A stretch of DNA of 60,830 nucleotides, the filler included, from Stramenopiles sp. TOSAG23-3 (Eukaryota): NCBI GenBank assembly GCA_900128585.1. It is 6 parts of 6 records of this genome, joined end to end, with 100 filler letters (N's around TTAATTAATTAA, not from the genome) between each part and the next. Parts side by side here need not be neighbours in the genome. Positions count along the whole stretch, not along the records: positions 36,701 to 54,839 come from LT642433.1; positions 54,940 to 56,836 come from LT645266.1; 4 more parts are not named here. One strand, written 5' to 3'. Each line of letters starts with the position of its first letter. The first letter of the stretch is position 1. Shown one piece after another: positions 43,625 through 55,647 of the stretch. Both the position numbers and the translations under genes were made by a program. The notes under the pieces were generated by a model, which had not been told where the DNA came from, did no database searches, and saw only the letters and a list, made by a program, of their open reading frames with translations.

Positions 43625-45034
43625 ATGGGGTTGTTGAAGACTTTTTTAAATGAGAAAACTGCTGCGACGATCTTCAGGCCAGCGGGGCTGAAGGTGTCCG
43701 CCAGTGTTCTGGAGGCCGGAACACTTGTGTTTGGGGAAAAGGGTATGGGGAGGCTGGTTGGCGCGGGTTCACCTGGTCCTCTTTTCTCACGGCTGCTGGT
43801 ATTCAATAAAACCACGAAGGCGTTCGGCACGGTCCCTGGCGATTACAAACTGCCGAAAGAATATGACCTTTTGGTAGATATTGACTACTTTGCTTTTAAT
43901 TTTCTGAGGGCAGTTTCAAACGCCAGTTTGACGACAGGGGCAAACTTAAGGTCGGAGAAAGAATTAAGCGTGTCTTTGCAGGGCATTGGGAAGGAAGGTT
44001 TGATTCGATTGCGATCAGAGTTGAAAACACCCCCCCCCGTCAGCCCTGTCCCGGTACTCTTGACACGGGGTACGGACATTGATTTTGAACATACCTTTTT
44101 CAATGCCTTGGACGACGAAGCCAAATATTTTTCAATCCGTGATACTGACGATGTTCATGAAAGCGATATGCGCGAGGGTCGTGCGGTGGCCATAATGACC
44201 AACTTGGAGAGTGCAGAAAGCATTCGAGCGACCAATAAAGCTCGATTAGGGGATGGGGGAATAGTTTTGTGGCCTGTTGAAGATTTGACAGCAAAAAAGG
44301 CGATCGATTTCCTGTCTGATAAATTTGGTGACGAAAATAGAGTGCTTGTCGAAGCAGGCCCGTCCCTGGCGGATTCTCTGTTGGAGCGAGAAATTTCCAC
44401 GCTATTTTTGACTGTGCTGGAAGAAGACTCGGGGCGGATTACGGAAGATTCGCTGCCTTTTTTTGACCAAGGCCATATTCGAAACGTATGTGGTTTTGAA
44501 CTGCTGCACGAATGTCGTGTCGAACTCGACGATGGTACGAACGCGTCGTATTTGACTTTCGCGCGCCGAAACGAAAGCGGAATTCGACCAACCTTTTATT
44601 ACAAGTCCAAACCCGTTCGAGCGGCCGGGATGCTCTTGAAAAAAGGCAACACGTACCTCCTTCGTCGTTGCAAAGGCAAATGGAGCGACGTGGGTGGTAA
44701 AACTGACGCCAAAGACAGTTGTGCGTTGGACACAATGGTTCGCGAGGCGGTGGAAGAGACAAACGGAAAATTGTTCGGTGACGATAGCTTGGAGGAAGCT
44801 TCTAAGAAATTATTTAGCTATTTGGAGAATGCCCAGTTTGAAGTCAAGTACGGAAAACGAAGCAAATACCTTCTGTTTGTGGTGGACGTGGACGAGAACT
44901 TTGATATGAGTACGGAACGATTTGGAGACATGGAAGACACGGACAAGATGAAACACGAGTACAGCTGGTTGGAGTTGAAGGGTTTAAAGTTACATTATCG
45001 ATTAAAAGATACATTCAAGGAAAGGAAAGGGTGA
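43625..45034 (+). CDS. Fusion of a RibD C-terminal (pyrimidine reductase/DHFR-fold)-like domain and a Nudix hydrolase
   Basis: FLRAVSNASLTTGANLRSE, PVLLTRG, RVLVEAGPSLADSLL and LFLTV are RibD_C-like. VRAAGMLL...WSDVGGKTDAKD...REAVEETNG is a Nudix box variant. Confidence 0.75.
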   Translation: MGLLKTFLNEKTAATIFRPAGLKVSASVLEAGTLVFGEKGMGRLVGAGSPGPLFSRLLVFNKTTKAFGTVPGDYKLPKEYDLLVDIDYFAFNFLRAVSNASLTTGANLRSEKELSVSLQGIGKEGLIRLRSELKTPPPVSPVPVLLTRGTDIDFEHTFFNALDDEAKYFSIRDTDDVHESDMREGRAVAIMTNLESAESIRATNKARLGDGGIVLWPVEDLTAKKAIDFLSDKFGDENRVLVEAGPSLADSLLEREISTLFLTVLEEDSGRITEDSLPFFDQGHIRNVCGFELLHECRVELDDGTNASYLTFARRNESGIRPTFYYKSKPVRAAGMLLKKGNTYLLRRCKGKWSDVGGKTDAKDSCALDTMVREAVEETNGKLFGDDSLEEASKKLFSYLENAQFEVKYGKRSKYLLFVVDVDENFDMSTERFGDMEDTDKMKHEYSWLELKGLKLHYRLKDTFKERKG

Positions 45035-45166
45035 AATTTATGTGATGATCTCATAACGTTTTTAAAGAATTACATTCTTCCCGCGTGGTCATTTTTATTA
45101 CGTTAAATTATTATCAATTTTACGTAAAAAATATAAATATACAGGTTAACGCAAGCCTCTCTTTTT

Positions 45167-45940
45167 TTAAATAAAAACATTTGGGTCAACGCGCTGTGGA
45201 GAATCGAACGAAGCAGTGTTTTCCGACCTGAGTTTCAAACGACGCTGGTAATAGTCGTACCGTTTCCCCTTTCGTTGCTGGGATCTATTCATGGAGGGCT
45301 TTGTAAAATTGCGCAAGTTTTCTTTGTCAATCATCTCGGTCCCCATGCCCAGCTTCATGTTTCTGTCTGTATTATTTGGAGTTGACCATGCTTTGTTTCT
45401 TTGTCGCTGTGGACTCACCGGATAAAATTCACCTTGTTCTTTATCAAGGTCCAATTTCTTCGGCGGTGGTTTGACTATTCGCACATTATTGTTCCTTGCC
45501 CCTCTCGACACAAGCTTTGGCAGTGATGGCAAGGAACTCGCGGTGAATTCGTTTTCGACGTCGTCTTGGACTGACGCAAACGGGAGATCCCCCGCAAATT
45601 GGCCACCTCCCGCCCAAACTTCGGACGGGGGAAGGAGTGAATTGTCCTTGATCCCATAATATGCAGTCGGTACTTTTCCTATGATCCAGCCTGCGTCGCC
45701 ATCAATGATTTCCCTGGAAATGGTAAAGTTTTTTTTGTTACGGAACATCCACGCTTCGTTCCTAATTAGTGGATCATTCGGGTTTTTGCTATCGGGCACA
45801 ACCGTGTATATACCGTTCGCTTCAAGTGTTCCGGCACCCAATACAACAACTTTTCTTTGCATTACATTGGCTCTCTTCTCTAATTTTCTTTCGCCTTCCT
45901 CTAGGTCCACTTCAGCAGCTACCGAAACGCCACCGCCCAT
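45167..45940 (-). CDS. Hypothetical protein, putatively N-myristoylated, with GAG..NGxY/W/PP..W domain
   Basis: MGGGVS start; VVVLGAGTLEANGIY...GWII....YY......PPSEVW motif that I recognise from uncharacterised protist proteins. Confidence 0.7.
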   Translation of the reverse strand: MGGGVSVAAEVDLEEGERKLEKRANVMQRKVVVLGAGTLEANGIYTVVPDSKNPNDPLIRNEAWMFRNKKNFTISREIIDGDAGWIIGKVPTAYYGIKDNSLLPPSEVWAGGGQFAGDLPFASVQDDVENEFTASSLPSLPKLVSRGARNNNVRIVKPPPKKLDLDKEQGEFYPVSPQRQRNKAWSTPNNTDRNMKLGMGTEMIDKENLRNFTKPSMNRSQQRKGKRYDYYQRRLKLRSENTASFDSPQRVDPNVFI

Positions 45941-46504
45941 GGTTCAATAATAAAAAAACGTTTCAATACAGCAACGTTCAAAAACTTCCCTTATGCGTTG
46001 TATTGAATGTATCTACAAGCATCGAATCAATTCTTTTCAAGTATCCTTTAACACAATCTCTAGATTGGATTTATATACGTATCTATTTAACGTGATTATA
46101 TTTATACGTACAATATTTGTCGTATAGCAATTTGAAAATCCTTTCTGCTTGTTGTAACGTTTTTTCCACCCCCCATAATTATATAATTTATTTATCACAC
46201 ATTTTCATTCAAAACTACCTCACACAACACTGCACATCATAGGCGATGGATCATTTCAAAGCTTAGGTTTTTTTTGTATGATGATGCCAAAAAAAGTGCT
46301 TTGAAAAAATATATTTTATAAGAGAATAGTATAAGGAAAAAGTGAAAAAGGAATGAACTATTTCATCGCAACGGTTTTTTTTATTTTTATACAGCTAATA
46401 GCAAATGCATTATTCCCTGCTTTTTGACAACTGAGATGACTCGATTGCTGAGTCTCTATGCTGCTGATCACAGCTTCGTCAGCAACAGCAGGAACACAGC
46501 AGTG

Positions 46505-46680
46505 GAGATGAGGAAGGAGAAAAAAAAAGAAGAAGAAAAAAGATAATGAAGAAGAAGAGAAGAAAGAAGAAGAAGAAGAAGAAGAAGAAGAAGAAGAAGA
46601 AAGAAGAAGAAGAAGAAGAAGAAGAAGAAGAAGAAGAAGAAGAAAGAAAAAAAGAAAGAAGAAGCAAGAAGAGGAGAGGA
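46505..46680. repeat. (GAA)n microsatellite in divergent intergenic region
   Basis: Long gaagaagaa run seen directly. Confidence 0.92.
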
Positions 46681-46856
46681 TATTGCGCCGAATTTGCAAG
46701 CACTCATTTGTTGATAATATATACTGTGAATGATTTAATTTTTTTCCGTTCCAACATTTCACATGCTTAACAGAACGAATTGGAATATTGATTGAACATT
46801 AACCACACTGAATACGGTGCCTGTCTTTCAAATAGGAAAACATTAAACAAAGCAAG

Positions 46857-48614
46857 ATGAAAGTAGTGAGTACGTTTTGGGGTTTGCTCGCGTCGTTTTG
46901 GACCGCCGTCTTTGCAAGCGCGACGGTGGACAGGCAAGTTGGGATACTGTATGAGATTTGGCACTGCAATGCAGCTGCTTCGTACGCGATGCTGAAAGAG
47001 CACGGGAAGGAGCAACTGACAACGGAGCTTGTAATCCAAAGCAATGGAAAGAAAACATTAGACGACGTGTTTCCACCAAGTGTACCAGTAACAAGCAGAG
47101 ACATTTACAATGTTCAACCGGAGCTGGGCTTCTACTGTTTGTGCACACCACGCTCACCGAATGAAACGTGGATGCCTAATTGTCCTATGGTCAGCAGCGT
47201 GGCAAAATCGCACGCTCAAATGTTGCACGAAGGCGGGTTCGATTACATTGCAGTCGATTTCACAAACTGGCCAGTCGTCGGGCCAGAGAACACGGACATA
47301 GATGTCATACGTCCGTTGGAAAATCTTTTTGAAGAGTGGCTTGCGCTCCGCGCCCAGGGCATCCCCACCCCGTCCATCGCACTCTGGGTGCAAAGCCCGG
47401 TCGCGAGTTACCCGGACGGGCGAGAGACCATGTGGCAGTACCTATTGGATCATTTTTATAACAACGCTACCCGCGCGGAATTAATTTGGCGTAAAGAAGA
47501 CAAGGAAATGACTTTCTTCGTTGTTGGTGCTGGGAAATACAATGCGACGGTCAATGCACTGATTAAAAAAAATGGAGGTCGAAATAACATCAAGACTGTG
47601 AAAATGTGGGCGTTGTTTGGAAAGCCCGATTTTGACACGGACGAGTGGGGTTTTTTCTCCCCGTGCACGATACCGGCAGGTGGCTTTACGACGTCTCTCA
47701 TCGGCACAGGAACAGACTGCAACCAGTATTCTTCTGTTGACAGCGATGGCAGTATCGATGAAATTACATCGAGTGGTGGGTACATGCTCACGCAGTGCGC
47801 TTTGCCGTTTGCATCTCCTGGGCACCTCCGCGGATTGGTGCAACAAAAAATGTTTCAAAATATACTGGAAAAGAGCCCGCCAAACGTTTTCATGTCAAGC
47901 TTTAACGAGCATATTGGAGGTAGGCAACAGTCTGTTTTTCACAGCAACACTGCGTTTAACATGGGGTTACCAAATGACCCACAGAAAAGCTCGGTCTGGG
48001 TCGATACGTACGGGGCCGAGTTTTCGCGAGACATTGAGCCCACTGTTGAGGGCGGAAGTCGTGTATGGGAGGTTACTGTCGCTTGCATTCGGTTGTACAA
48101 AACCAAATTGACATGCAAAGACGAGCCGTCTTCGCCTTGCTGCACAACGCAAGACAAATTGATTTGGAATAATGCGTTTTCGTTAAGAAATCCTGAATCA
48201 GGTGATAGTTTGGTTACCAATTCTCCTCTGGAAAAGAAACAGTTAATCGCCGGCAAAGTGTGGAAAGAAGTGTGCCATAGCGTGCCTGGCCCAAGCGTCT
48301 TCTGTGTCAACGCATCAATACTGGATGGACGGAACGGACCGTTTATGTTATACAACGTTCCAAATGCGACCGAGAGTACCATCTCCACCTATCGTTGCAT
48401 AACACCAAAAGGGATGCATTTTTTATCCAACGATGCATATTGCGAAAACATGGGCAAAATGGAATTCGTTCTTGGGTATGCGTCCGTATTACGCGGTCTG
48501 GAAACGTTAAGAGAATTGTTTCGATGCCCAAATGGCAAGGATCGTTTCACCCATGCCCTCGATTTACAGTGTGACGACGCACACGGCTCCGTATCTTTGG
48601 GCTTTGTCAGGTAG
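46857..48614 (+). CDS. Secreted GH99/GH71-like glycoside hydrolase with C-terminal Cys-containing (DUF5648-like) module
   Basis: Signal peptide MKVVSTFWGLLASFWTAVFASA; VGILYEIWH, GFYC, HAQML..GFDYIAVDFTNW, SSFNEH and FSRDIEP motifs; C-terminal YRC...HFLSND..CE...EFVLGY. Confidence 0.65.
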   Translation: MKVVSTFWGLLASFWTAVFASATVDRQVGILYEIWHCNAAASYAMLKEHGKEQLTTELVIQSNGKKTLDDVFPPSVPVTSRDIYNVQPELGFYCLCTPRSPNETWMPNCPMVSSVAKSHAQMLHEGGFDYIAVDFTNWPVVGPENTDIDVIRPLENLFEEWLALRAQGIPTPSIALWVQSPVASYPDGRETMWQYLLDHFYNNATRAELIWRKEDKEMTFFVVGAGKYNATVNALIKKNGGRNNIKTVKMWALFGKPDFDTDEWGFFSPCTIPAGGFTTSLIGTGTDCNQYSSVDSDGSIDEITSSGGYMLTQCALPFASPGHLRGLVQQKMFQNILEKSPPNVFMSSFNEHIGGRQQSVFHSNTAFNMGLPNDPQKSSVWVDTYGAEFSRDIEPTVEGGSRVWEVTVACIRLYKTKLTCKDEPSSPCCTTQDKLIWNNAFSLRNPESGDSLVTNSPLEKKQLIAGKVWKEVCHSVPGPSVFCVNASILDGRNGPFMLYNVPNATESTISTYRCITPKGMHFLSNDAYCENMGKMEFVLGYASVLRGLETLRELFRCPNGKDRFTHALDLQCDDAHGSVSLGFVR

Positions 48615-49396
48615 CAAGCTGCGCCTTGCTGCGAGCTGCTGCTGTTTCAGAAAAAACAAAATATGATATATTTCAAGAAGAAGTATAATAAAAAATATAA
48701 GATGTTGTGTTTATTTACAGGTAATACCAGAATCAACACATCTATACAGCATTGTAATGCATAAAAATCCAACGGTTTTACTCTCTATTTATTCCGCCTT
48801 TTCATGTACTTATAAGGAAAATAGTCTAGTCTTTAAAAGTCAATCTTCTCAATTCTTAAAAGAAATCTCCTTTTATTTGCATGTTATTCAAGATTAACAA
48901 CACTGTGTTCCTATTGTTGATGAAAGTTTGATTTTTAAATTCAAATAGCAGCGGTGATGTAATGCGTAAGGAGGAGATTGAAAACAATTACGCTAAGTAC
49001 ATGATAAAGTACATTATTATATAATAAAACAATGAAGGAATTAATTAATTATTTAAGTAATGAATATATTTTTATTTTATTAATTAATATCAAACCGTCA
49101 AGAAGTCACACGAGACCGACCGACTCTTCTCGGTCCGGATGACGAAATGGCACCACTTGTTTAATATTTAATATGGACACATCAACGAATAGATCATCAT
49201 CATTTTTTTTCTCTTCTCTTTTCTTTTTTGTTTGTCTTAACCGACCGGACGGGAAGAATGTATTTATTTGCCTTTCTATCCAAATGGATTGCACGACAGT
49301 GAGGTAAAGGTGGGGCTGGAAAATTGGCGTATTATCGCGAGCAAGGATTGGTGCACATTCGCTTGAAAGATAAAGATAATCAAGAACAGTAACTAA

Positions 49397-49693
49397 ATGG
49401 CGTCTGAAATTGAAGAGACTTTGAAGCGAATCCAGTCCCACCGGGGCGTGACTGGAATTTTGATTGTGAACAAGGATGGTGTTCCCATAAAAACGAATAT
49501 GTCTACGGAAGATGCAAAAAACCACGCGTCCCTCATTTCGCAACTTACAACCAAAGCTCGTAGTGTAGTACGGACGTTGGATCCCCAAAATGATTTGACA
49601 TTCCTGCGCATTAGGTCCAAGAAGAATGAAATCATGATAGCCCCAGATAAAGATTATATGTTGTTCGTCATTCAAAACCCCAACACAGATTAA
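49397..49693 (+). CDS. DYNLRB: Dynein light chain roadblock-type
   Basis: [15 protein letters not shown]...[34 protein letters not shown], close to the family consensus. Confidence 0.97.
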   Translation: MASEIEETLKRIQSHRGVTGILIVNKDGVPIKTNMSTEDAKNHASLISQLTTKARSVVRTLDPQNDLTFLRIRSKKNEIMIAPDKDYMLFVIQNPNTD

Positions 49694-49848
49694 GGCACTT
49701 CCAAACGCAACGCTGTCGTGCCAAGGGGAAGAGCTGAGAGCACGCAAAAGATCGGCGAAAGAAAGATATTATATAGTAGGCTTGAGACAATTGTAAGACT
49801 TATGTAATCTGTTTCTTACGTTTTGAAAGTTACTCACTGCGGACGGTG

Positions 49849-52800
49849 TCAAAGCAGCTTGGCATCGTCCCAAACCTCTTGTTTCCCTTCTAGGTCTGTG
49901 AACGTTTTGGTGTCGCGGTCGTATGTACCAATCATGTTGCTCTCCCCGCTCTGGTCGATTTCATACAACTCTTTCTCTTCCGTCGTGACCATGTACTCCT
50001 TTCCCCCATGGCCAACCTTGAGATGGACGTAGTTGTACGGAAAGGCGCCATATTTTCCATCGAGCTTTCCGTGCCACCACCCGTCGTCATCAATCGGCCT
50101 CGTCCGCTTTCTCCTGGATAGACTCTTTGCTCGGTTTGCCCTTTTCTGACAAATGAGATTTGAACGTTTTCCTGGCTCTCTTTCCTCGCATGGCAGCCTG
50201 GATTTTGATAGCTGCAGCTTCTGTTTCCGCCAATTCCGTGTCGACTTTTTCCTCGGTCGCGTGTGGCTGGGCCTCCGGAGTTGTGGACGTTTTTGCTTTT
50301 TCTTCCGCTGGCTTTGGGGGTTCTGCCTTCTTCGGAGGTTCCTCCTTTTTCGGAAGCCCGGCCTTCTTCGGAGGTTCCTCCTTTTTCGGAGGCCCGGCCT
50401 TCTTCGTTGCGGAGGCCTGGTTATTTTCTTGGGCAGCCGCAGTATGATCATCCTTTCCACTGGGGAAAGAATCTGCAGCCTTCTTGGTTTCTTCGTACAG
50501 CCTCTTCGATCGCTTTTCCCTCCAATTACCCTTTGCTTTGTTCGCATCTCCAGGTTTTCGCGGCGATATACTTCCTACCACATTTCCGTCTTTGTCTAGC
50601 ATAGAGTCGCTCTCATCGTTCAAAATTTGCCACAAGTCAGCAATTTCCTGCTCCACGCTCTTTTTGTTTCGATCGATTTCTTCTTGGCTCGGTCCTGCCC
50701 CTTCCAACAAGGCCCAATTCGACGCAGTATTGTCCGCGGGTGGCTGCTCAATGGCCACGATGTCACTGCCAAGCGCTTTCCGGGCCGCTTCAAGCGCGCG
50801 TTCCTTTTGTTGGCGCGACTGCGCTCGGGTTGTATAACGGTCCTTTTTCCCGCTCAGGTAATCCCATGCCTCTTTCACGGACTCTTCACTCTCTCCGATA
50901 TCTTCGTTTCGCCCAGAAAATGAGGAAACCCCGTGCTGTTGATTCTTCGTTTTTCGTTTTCTTCTTCTGCGCATGCCAGAGGTTGGGTCGACGACTCTCC
51001 ATACCAAAATAGTGTTGTCCATTCCACCCACCGAAACGACGTGAGTGTCGTTTGCAGAAAATCTCACGGAGCGAACGGAGGAGGCATGGCCGCGATATGT
51101 CCTGGCCTTTGCCGATTTAACTGCAGGAAACCGAAACAGGTTGACGCCGTACGAATCGTCTCCGGTGACAAGGAGCTGGTGCGACTTGGAACGGTTGCAA
51201 TCATGGAGACGCGAAACGTCTGCCATCAACGTCATGCTGTTTTGTTGGTAAGGCAGTTGCCCGTCTTTCGATTTTAAGTCCAGCAGCCATTCGTCGTTCT
51301 TGCGGTAGTGGTTGAGCATGAAACTGGCCTTTGTTGACTCCCCACTGTCACGGGTGGTCCCAGTCTTCTTCCGCGTCTGCCACGCGCCTTGAACGGGCCA
51401 CCCCAAAACACACGTCCACGTGTTCCATTTTTCGTCCCTTAAATTGTACGCGTCCCGCTCCTGGCGCCCAGTCGCTACATTCCAATAAAGTATCTCCCTC
51501 GCGGCGTCGTTAGACATCAACGTCCTTCCATTTTCCGAAAAGTCGACGTGAGTTACCCCGCTGGAATGCCCTTTGCAGATACGCTGAAGGACATAGTGGC
51601 ATCTGTATGAACTATTTGCGGTCTCTGCTCTATACAGATACACGTTTTTGTCGTGGCACCCAAAGGCAAGTTTCAGCATGTCGGGAGAAAATTTTACAGC
51701 AGTAATGTTCATCTCCAGAGTTTTCGGTCCACCCCCATACCTTCCGAATGCCCTGTGCCGAGGAGAACGGGTCCCCCAGTGATAGTCGTGTTGCCGTGGG
51801 CGCTTTGCAATAACCTTGGACTCATGTGCGGTAACAGAGCCGGCAAAAATAAGCTCCAGGGCCGGCGGGTACGTTGCCTGCACACCGTAGACAGCAAACG
51901 ATCCAGATTTCATCCCCACCGCAAGAAGCGTGCCATCGCCAGAGAACGCAATCGCACTTCCTTGCACGGCCAGTTTCGCTTGGGCCAATACCCTTCTTTC
52001 TTTGATGGACCAGAGCCGCACGGTCTTGTCGTGGGAGCAGGTTGCAAAAACAGGGAGTGTAGGGTGAGTGTCGAGCGCCTCGACGCACTGGCGGTGCGCG
52101 TGCAGTATTACGGTTGGAGCAATGTCCTCCGACTCGTCACCTACGATCAGGTCCAAGATACCAGACTCGGCAGCGCAAATGTACAGTTTCCGACCGTAAC
52201 TTAACATCCCAAGCCCGTGGGAATCAATAGGGATTGTCAGCACAGGAGTCGGGCGTTCAGTAATTTCATATACGTCCCAAATGACAATGTTGTTATCCTT
52301 TCCCGCACTAGCAAATTGTACCTGGCGCTCGGGCCCCAAACTCTGCATGGTTTCCAACGCCGTGATTGCCAACCCAGAGTGCACGTCTTTTATAGAAACC
52401 CCTTGCCAAGCCACCGGGTCCCACCCCATGATGACATGGTCGACCAAACCTCTCTTGGAATTCTCCCGTGGCACAACCTTGGTTGCTCCTTCTTCCACTT
52501 GCTGGTGCCAATAGGCGATGGTTCCCGTAGACGACCCGATGACAAGAGCCCCCCCCCCGCTCTTGTCATTCAGAAAGCACATGGACAAGGACAGCTCATC
52601 GCTACGTCTGTATCCAGCACTGGATCTACTTTCACACAACGCACCTTGCAATACCCATGATTTCGACCCATTTATTGGGGTGTCCTCCATTTTCTTGGCA
52701 CGCGCATGGTACCCAACTCGCCCGGTCGAACCATCAACGTTTGGGTTACGAAAGGAGGGCCTCCATTGGCCACGGGAAGACTGAAATGGGGTCCGCTCTT

Positions 52801-54157
52801 TCTCCGCCAGGGTCTGCTGCTCCCCATTTTCCGCGTATTTTAATGACCACACTTTTGTGCTCCGTGCCCCAGCCGTCCCGATAGTGTAACATCGTCTGCT
52901 GAAAGGGTCGTCGGGATCGTCTATGTACATTTGGTACGGGTTAAAGCGAGCATTGTAGATTGCAGAGGGGCCGCACTTTCCCTCCACGAGCCGTTCACCT
53001 TGAACCCAGTCCCATATCACCAATGTGTGGTTCATGTCCTCGGACACGGACAACAACAAGTTGCCGTCTAAAGAAAAGTCTAACGAACTTGCCCCGCCGG
53101 TTCTGTCGAGTCGAAGCTTGTTCAGGATTTTTGGTCTCTTGTGCACTGGTTCGCCAGCATGCGTCGGAGAAACCAGCGGCGCCTTTGCACTGCCGCTGTT
53201 CCAAATGTAAATGACAGGGTTTCGTCGCGAGAACTGACTGCTGGCGACGTACACGCCGTTAGGGTGGACACAGACGCACGCCACCTCCGCATCGTGCTTT
53301 CGGAAAAACCGTTGTTCTAGGCGACTGTCGTCGTGCACGACCACGACGGCAGCGGCCGGGAAGACAATCTCTCCGCTCCCCAGCCTTGCAATGTACGCTT
53401 TGTTCGAGGTCACAATGGCCGCCTCGGAAGATTTCCCGTATCCAAAGACCCAATCCAGCAACAGCCCGTTGTCCGGTGGGACCAGGTCTAGTTTACTCTT
53501 TTTGTATCTGCTCGGTCGGAACACGGTGCTTCTGATTTCGTCTTTCGTCTCCGCGGCTTCCTCTCGCGCTCTAGATTTGCTTTCTTTCTCGGCCCACTTG
53601 GCTTCCACGTTCCGCGCCCTGTCGCGCGGGGAGGTATACCCTTGATCTTGCATGCTTATTTTCGCAACTCTTGGCACGTTTGGGTTAATCTTCAACCGCC
53701 CCGATCCATCTCGGCGGGAATCGTGCCGGTTGCGCTCCACCAGGCCTAACATCTTGTTGTGTTTATTTATATCCGGCAGTATACGAATCCCGTCGCCCCG
53801 GATAGATTTACTCTCGTACCCCAGTCTATTCTTTCCCGTTAATGTCTTCTTCGAAAGCATCACGCGACCATGGCTTGTTTTCGGTGTAAAGTACTTTGAC
53901 CGGTTTCTCATTTGCTCTTGATTCAAGACCCGTCTTGGTGTTCGGTAACCTTTGTCGGGAGGCAAATACCTATAACGCGGCGAACGCTTCGAGCTGGGAT
54001 TGCTGCTGCTGACGGAATCTTTCAGCAAATTTGCAACCTCTTTCAGGGATTCGTGCATTTGAAGCAACACTTTATCCCGTTCTTCAAAGCCCTTCGCAAC
54101 CCGAGTATCTACAATAGACGCCACCGCATTTCGAAGCTCATCGTTTATTTGAGCCAT
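49849..54157 (-). CDS. EML/EMAP-like protein (HELP + WD40) with IQ motif; C-terminal half-SH3 in another frame
   Basis: LLLDWVFGY (HELP), QRFFRKHD, GHSSGVTHVDFS, WNTWTCVLGWPVQGAW, YRGHASSV and SVGGMDNTILVWRV motifs; IQ motif AAAIKIQAAMRGKRARK. Main frame stops at 50090. DDDGWWHG...GAFPYNYV follows in a different frame to 49849. Confidence 0.85.
50325..50405 (-). repeat. 36-bp coding tandem repeat (PKKEEPPKKAG)
   Basis: gccttcttcggaggttcctcctttttcgga(a/g)gcccg occurs twice. Confidence 0.85.
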
Positions 54158-54839
54158 GAGAATGGCCGTTTGCCCCCCAAACCTGTTGCGTTTCCTCTGC
54201 GAATCGTTACAACTTTCTGCCAACACGTTCACCCCCCTCGCTGTCTTCGTATTCTTACAATCTTATCCTTCACCTTGAAACCTGGAACCAGTGTAAATAT
54301 TACCCCCCTTCTGACTCACTCGCTCATTCATTGCTTAGCATTGCTTTGCCATTACCGTTACCCGGAGGATAGTGAGTGAGTTGCGATGTGCGCGAAGAAA
54401 AGAAGATGATATAATAATAATAATAGAAGAATTATTATATGATGAGAAGATGATGATTATTATTAGTATTAAAATAATAATATTTTTTTAATATAATAAA
54501 AAAAAAGAAGAAATAAAAGAAGAAGACGAGATAATAATAAAACAAAAATATATAATAACACAAAGAGATATCATCAGATAGGATGAATGCATAATAATAT
54601 ATGAAAGAATCGTTTTGAGTACATTTTACAGTCTTGTTGCATTATATGAATTGTTTACCAATGGAATCATATAGGAAAATGGATCCTTTCAATACATAAA
54701 AGTATGTAAAAGAAGTATCGAACTCTCTCTTTCAAAACTGTTGGAACTGTATTTATTTCATAGTTACCATACGGTGCAATCATAGGACGAATGCTGTGAT
54801 TATATGTTCCACGGAGGGGGAGGGGGGGGGGGGGGGGGG

Positions 54840-54939
54840 NNNNNNNNNNNNNNNNNNNNNNNNNNNNNNNNNNNNNNNNNNNNTTAATTAATTAANNNNN
54901 NNNNNNNNNNNNNNNNNNNNNNNNNNNNNNNNNNNNNNN
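54840..54939. other. Artificial contig linker
   Basis: N44-TTAATTAATTAA-N44. Confidence 0.98.
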
Positions 54940-55647
54940 TTTTTTTCGCTTTTTCCATTGTCAGCTGTTACAGTAAAAACGTTATATTTTTTTTAACTAT
55001 GATTTCCATCTTGTCACCTGTATTTTTGAGATTTTTTTGTTGGGAAGTTATTAAACTGCAGCTCATCTTCTATTTTATTTTCTTCTTCGAGAAGTCTATT
55101 TAATAATAGGGTAATAGTACCTGATACAATGAATCTTGTTGTTGGTGGTGGAGGAGGGGGAGGAAAATATAATAATAAAATAATATTTATGACCAAGTAT
55201 GTGTGCGTGTATTGCTTTTGATGGGATACGAGAGGAGATGTCAACCTTTCACTACGCAACCAAAAATAACTGAATCGATACGAACTCCGAGGTATTTTCA
55301 TATTTTACGCACATAAATTATACCGACTAGAACGTATTGCACACTTAACCGACTTCTTTCTTCATTGGCATTATAGCAAAACGACAAGATTGGCTATTGA
55401 GGCAACTTAATTTTGCAGTGGGGTCTGAAGTCCACCGCCTGAAGGGAAAGAAATAGTTATACTTTTGTCCTGCTTTGGTAGACGTTGTTGATTACAACTC
55501 CCTCGCAGTTGATCTAAAGTATACTGAACACTGAGTTTAACGAACCGCACCGGAACTCCGCTATTGACGTAACATAACGACCGCCCGAAAAAACAAAACG
55601 TATACACAGAACTGAAACGCACACGAACCACAGACAAATTGAGAGAA

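Noticed and set aside
46400-46505. Short hairpins (gactc..gagtc; tgctga..tcagca) as an ncRNA
   Set aside because: Stems are only 5-6 bp and no tRNA, snoRNA or snRNA motifs were recognised.
50087-50092. TGA TGA at the end of the EML ORF as selenocysteine or readthrough
   Set aside because: The SH3-like continuation is in a different frame, so readthrough would not reach it.
54813-54839. Poly-G run as a G-quadruplex or telomere
   Set aside because: It sits at a contig end, where poly-G is a common sequencing/assembly artefact.
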